From NCBI RefSeq assembly GCF_059718285.1, contig NZ_AP045833.1: a stretch of 32,000 nucleotides of DNA, one strand, 5' to 3'. The position numbers and the translations under genes are program-made. Positions 28,345-32,000 of the stretch are shown here, one piece after another (positions within the stretch are counted from its first letter, which is position 1; each line of letters begins with the position of its first letter). The notes under the pieces are model-generated. The model had not been told where the DNA came from and searched no databases. It saw nothing but the letters and a program-made list of their open reading frames with translations.

Positions 28345-30093
28345 TCACCCCTTGTGAAGTAACTCCATAAATGCCTCATATCCTGTTAACCCGGCAATAA
28401 CCTCTGCCGGATGCTGACACAATACGCTTGCCAGATAGCTGAATATTTTCAACTCGTGACGCGCATCGGCGGCGGCGCAGGCGATCAAGACATGGTTAAT
28501 GACTTCGTTATTCACCTCAACTGGTTGGGCGAGGGTAATAAAAAATCCACGAAAACGTCGCTCCTGTTCGCTCCAGCAATGTGGGATGGCGAGGCGATTA
28601 ACAATCAGGTTTTCACCTTCGCCTTCGCGGGCGATGATCCGTTGCGCTTCATCGGCGGTAATATGGTGTTGTGCCACTAATTGCGCACAAATTTGCCGGG
28701 TAATATGTTGCCAGCTTTCACCGCGTACATTCGAATAATGAAAACTTCCGGGGGCAGAGAAAAAACGCTCCGGTTGCTGGCGAATAAATGCCGTCGCCAG
28801 AAAATGTTTTATTTGTTCGATACCGGCAGCCGTAATGATATTTTTTACGGTGATGTAATTATTGACCGCGTCATCCAGTAAATAATGGCTGTTGTTAATG
28901 ATCAATAACGGCTCAATCTCTTCGCGAATGGCAACAAGTTCGCTTAAGCTACGGGCAATAATCACCCGACAATGTAAAACATCGCGCTCAATGGCGAGCT
29001 GATTAATGGTGGCAATCGCGTTCTGGTCCGAGAGCAAAATGATCGGCTGGCGTTCGTTTTGATGCCGTTCCAGCGCACAGGCAAAATACAAACCGATCAG
29101 ATCGCTGTCGAAAAGAGGAATATCGAGCTGTTCACGCAGTAGCGTAATAAAGTGCAGACTCATATCAAAGGCCGCAGGCCAGGCTGCTTTCAGGTTATTC
29201 ATGCTGCTCTGGCGGTGCTCAGCAATCCACACTGGTGCGGCAAGGCAACGTAATAAATGCCCGGTAATATTCTCAACCAGCTGCGCATCAATAATATTCA
29301 ATGACGCGATGCCCGGCACCCTTTGCAGCAACCCCTGCACATTATCGGCTGAAATTACCTGCGCTTGCTGATGCTGTTTCTCTATCAAACCCGTCAGGGT
29401 TCTTACAGCGTTATCACCAAGAAACAGACCGCTATGTTCAACGATTTGTTTTATCTCGTCACCGGGATATTGCGGCCACTCATCGGTCAGTTGATTACGC
29501 AGGGCGTAAATCGCCAGAATCAGGCTGGAGAGATAATCACCCTGCATGAGCGGCCAGCGGTGTTGGTTGTCGCAGGCCGTGGATAAATGCTGAAGGTTGT
29601 CTCGTGTTATGCCCGCCAGCGGAATTAAAAACGGATCTTTGCGCAGCAAGTTCGCCAGCAAGATAACGCGTTTCTCTTCTGTCTCATCAATGAAATGGCC
29701 CAAACCAGGGCGGCTGGCCAGGCAACAAGTGCGTTCATAACGCTGTTTTAACCGGGGCAGACGCTCTGCTACCCACGTTTCTGGCAAATTAAGCGCCGAG
29801 GCGAGTTGCGCACGGGGAGTGAAAGTATTCAGTAATAACAGCGCCAGCAGCCGATCGTCGTTATCGTGCTTTTGCAGCAACTGAAAAAAGCTGCGGCGCT
29901 CGAAGATTTCCAGCTGATAGCCCGCACTGCCACTGGCGAAAATGCGGGCTTTGCCGTTAAGGGTGAAGTTGAGATAGTCAATATCACGCAGGATGGTCCT
30001 GCCTGAAACGCCAGTCTGTTGCGCCAGCTCGCCAGGCGTGCGCGGCTGTTGCTCCAGCAGATCGACAATCTTTAACTGGCGTTCGTTTAGCAT
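28345..30093 (-). CDS. frvR: FrvR, BglG/PRD-type putative transcriptional regulator of the frv operon
   Basis: 582-aa ORF with N-terminal HTH (RQLKIVDLLEQQPRTPGELAQQTGVSGRTILRDIDYLN), PRD-like and EIIA-like regions; syntenic. Confidence 0.93.
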   Translation of the reverse strand: MLNERQLKIVDLLEQQPRTPGELAQQTGVSGRTILRDIDYLNFTLNGKARIFASGSAGYQLEIFERRSFFQLLQKHDNDDRLLALLLLNTFTPRAQLASALNLPETWVAERLPRLKQRYERTCCLASRPGLGHFIDETEEKRVILLANLLRKDPFLIPLAGITRDNLQHLSTACDNQHRWPLMQGDYLSSLILAIYALRNQLTDEWPQYPGDEIKQIVEHSGLFLGDNAVRTLTGLIEKQHQQAQVISADNVQGLLQRVPGIASLNIIDAQLVENITGHLLRCLAAPVWIAEHRQSSMNNLKAAWPAAFDMSLHFITLLREQLDIPLFDSDLIGLYFACALERHQNERQPIILLSDQNAIATINQLAIERDVLHCRVIIARSLSELVAIREEIEPLLIINNSHYLLDDAVNNYITVKNIITAAGIEQIKHFLATAFIRQQPERFFSAPGSFHYSNVRGESWQHITRQICAQLVAQHHITADEAQRIIAREGEGENLIVNRLAIPHCWSEQERRFRGFFITLAQPVEVNNEVINHVLIACAAADARHELKIFSYLASVLCQHPAEVIAGLTGYEAFMELLHKG

Positions 30094-31169
30094 TAATCCA
30101 CCTGACGGAACTGGCTAAACGCGTTGACTTTCTCCGCAGTTAAGGTCGTCAGAAAACCCCGTATCAGCGTGAGCAGAGCTTCGTAATCGGCTTTTGAAAT
30201 CATACCGCTGTTGGCGTGCAGATAACGAGTTGGCAGACACAGCGCGACAACCGGACGCCCGCCGCCCATCACGTTGTAGCGCCCGCCATCCGTCGCACCG
30301 GTTTTCATGGTGGAAAATTGCAGCGGTAAATCGTTATGTGCGGCACAGCTTTTTAACGCTGCTACCAGTTTCTGGTTGGGGAAGTAGCGCTTGTCAAACA
30401 GCATCAGCCCCGGCCCCTGGCCCAGTTTCAGCGGGTATTTAATGTTATCAATGCCCGGAACATCGCCCGCTACGGCGGTATCCAACACGATCACGACGTC
30501 CGGTTTAATGTGTTCCGCCGAGGTTTGCGCCCCGCGTAGCCCAACTTCTTCTTCCACACTGCCAACGCCATACAGCGTAATTTCGGGATTATTCACCGTC
30601 TGCAATAGTTCAGCCATCATTGCGCAGCCGATGCGGTTATCCAACGCCTTGCCGACCACTTTATCTTCGCCCCAGCAGGCAAAATTGGCTTCCGGGCTAA
30701 TAAAATTACCAATTTCCACGCCGCGCTTTTCCACCTCTTCGCGACTGTTCGCGCCAATATCAATGAACATCTCATCAAATGACAGCGGTTGTTGCTTTTG
30801 CTTTTCCGTTAACGCATGAGGCGCGACGGAACCAATCACACCAGGGATTTTAAATCCCTTGTGTGTGCGTATGGTTACCCGGTGGTTGAGCATCGACTGA
30901 TTCCACCAGCCACCAATGGTGGTGAAACGCAGAAAACCGCTCTCGTCGATGTGGGTGACCATAAAGCCGACTTCATCCATATGCCCGACAACGGCAACTT
31001 TTGGACCTTTATTCCCCTTACGGGCAACAAAGCTGCCCAGACCATCAAAGGTGATCTCATTAACGCAAGGTTCCAGCGTGTTTATCAGAATGTCGCGAAC
31101 TTCCTGTTCATCGCCGCTGACGGCGCTGGCTTCGCACAACTGTTGCAGTAACTCAATGTTCATGGACAA
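30093..31169 (-). CDS. frvX: FrvX, M42 family aminopeptidase/endoglucanase-like
   Basis: ORF with AVVGHMDEVGFMV, ALDNRIG and VEEEVGLRG metallopeptidase motifs; syntenic. Confidence 0.94.
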   Translation of the reverse strand: MSMNIELLQQLCEASAVSGDEQEVRDILINTLEPCVNEITFDGLGSFVARKGNKGPKVAVVGHMDEVGFMVTHIDESGFLRFTTIGGWWNQSMLNHRVTIRTHKGFKIPGVIGSVAPHALTEKQKQQPLSFDEMFIDIGANSREEVEKRGVEIGNFISPEANFACWGEDKVVGKALDNRIGCAMMAELLQTVNNPEITLYGVGSVEEEVGLRGAQTSAEHIKPDVVIVLDTAVAGDVPGIDNIKYPLKLGQGPGLMLFDKRYFPNQKLVAALKSCAAHNDLPLQFSTMKTGATDGGRYNVMGGGRPVVALCLPTRYLHANSGMISKADYEALLTLIRGFLTTLTAEKVNAFSQFRQVD

Positions 31170-32000
31170 GCTCCTGTTGCGCGGCTTTCGCTTTGCGGCG
31201 TAACCACAATCCTTTCAGGACGATAATGAATGAAATGTTCAGCGCGAGGCCAATCGCCAGCACCAGATAAAACGAATCTACCGGCGACATCAGGCCGATC
31301 AGCGGGTCAAAGATACCCAAACCAGGTGCCAGACGTTTGATTCCGAAAGCGATCACCAGCACGCCGGTAATGCCGCCCGCCAGCGTATTGGCGGTAATCA
31401 TCGGCAACGGAGCTGCCAGAGCGTAAGGTATAGCCGGTTCGGTTGCGACTGTGGCACCGACCACAATGGCACTACTGGCAGCCTCTTTTTCCTGTCGGGT
31501 AAACAGTTTGGGCGCAATGAACGTCGCAAGACCCGCCGCAACGGGCGGCATCAACGCGACAACGCCGACGATGGCGTACCAGTCATAAATGTGTTTTTCC
31601 AGCAGTGAGAAGCAGAAGAACCAGGCGGTTTTATTGATGGGGCCGCCCATATCGAACGCCAGCATCGCACCGACCAGAAACGCTGCCGCAAACTTCATTG
31701 ATGGAGGAATGGTATTCAGGAAGTGGAGCAGCCCGCCCATGAGGTCGGACATCACCGGCCCGATAACGTAGTAAGTGAGCACGCCGAAAACCAGCAGAGT
31801 AACGAACGGGATCAGCATTGAACCGAGCAGCGGTTGTAATGCTTTGCCAAGGCGCACTTTGCGGAACCAGAAGACGAAATAGCCAATCGCCAGCCCCAGC
31901 ACCACCGCGCCGAGGAATCCCGCACCCGACTGGGTGCCGAGCAGCGCTTTGTCGTTCGCCAGATAGCAAACCAGAAACGCCGGAGCGAAAGCCGGTTTAT
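31153..32000 (-). CDS. frvB: FrvB, fructose-like PTS EIIBC component; partial, N-terminus beyond the window
   Basis: Frame stays open past the 31905 Met to the window edge (...KPAFAPAFLVCYLANDKALLGTQSGAGFLGAVVLGLAIG); EIIC motif GGPINKTAW. Confidence 0.92.
   Translation of the reverse strand, partial: KPAFAPAFLVCYLANDKALLGTQSGAGFLGAVVLGLAIGYFVFWFRKVRLGKALQPLLGSMLIPFVTLLVFGVLTYYVIGPVMSDLMGGLLHFLNTIPPSMKFAAAFLVGAMLAFDMGGPINKTAWFFCFSLLEKHIYDWYAIVGVVALMPPVAAGLATFIAPKLFTRQEKEAASSAIVVGATVATEPAIPYALAAPLPMITANTLAGGITGVLVIAFGIKRLAPGLGIFDPLIGLMSPVDSFYLVLAIGLALNISFIIVLKGLWLRRKAKAAQQELVHEH

Noticed and set aside
30816-31151. + strand ORFs antisense to frvX (30816..31151, 30391..30819)
   Set aside because: Shadow ORFs of frvX with no supporting signals.

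Overview
This window is an Escherichia coli-type chromosomal segment. The backbone, in order, is yihQ (partial), yihR-S-T-U, yihV, yihW/csqR (sulfoquinovose catabolism and its regulator), yihX, yihY, dtd, yiiD/fabY, yiiE, yiiF, fdhE, fdoI-H-G (formate dehydrogenase-O, with an in-frame TGA selenocysteine codon), fdhD, yiiG, frvR, frvX and frvB (partial). Four accessory insertions stand out against the K-12 gene order as I remember it. (1) A TauE/SafE-type anion exporter gene sits between yihQ and yihR. (2) An AT-rich gene after yiiD encodes a ~604-aa protein with the SopB/IpgD-like phosphatase signature CKSAKDRT. (3) An HSL-type alpha/beta hydrolase gene and a HigBA-like toxin-antitoxin pair are bracketed by a ~78-bp structured direct repeat. 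(4) A tightly coupled two-gene operon between fdhD and yiiG encodes a divergent Hsp90/GHKL ATPase and a large repeat-rich (TPR-like) protein. The Hsp90-like/TPR-like operon and the SopB-like gene are the best candidates for under-described biology. Smaller signals include a shared box upstream of higB, yiiE and yiiF, a perfect palindrome upstream of higB, signs that yiiE and yiiF are orphan antitoxins, a candidate small ORF, and repeated CsqR-type motifs.
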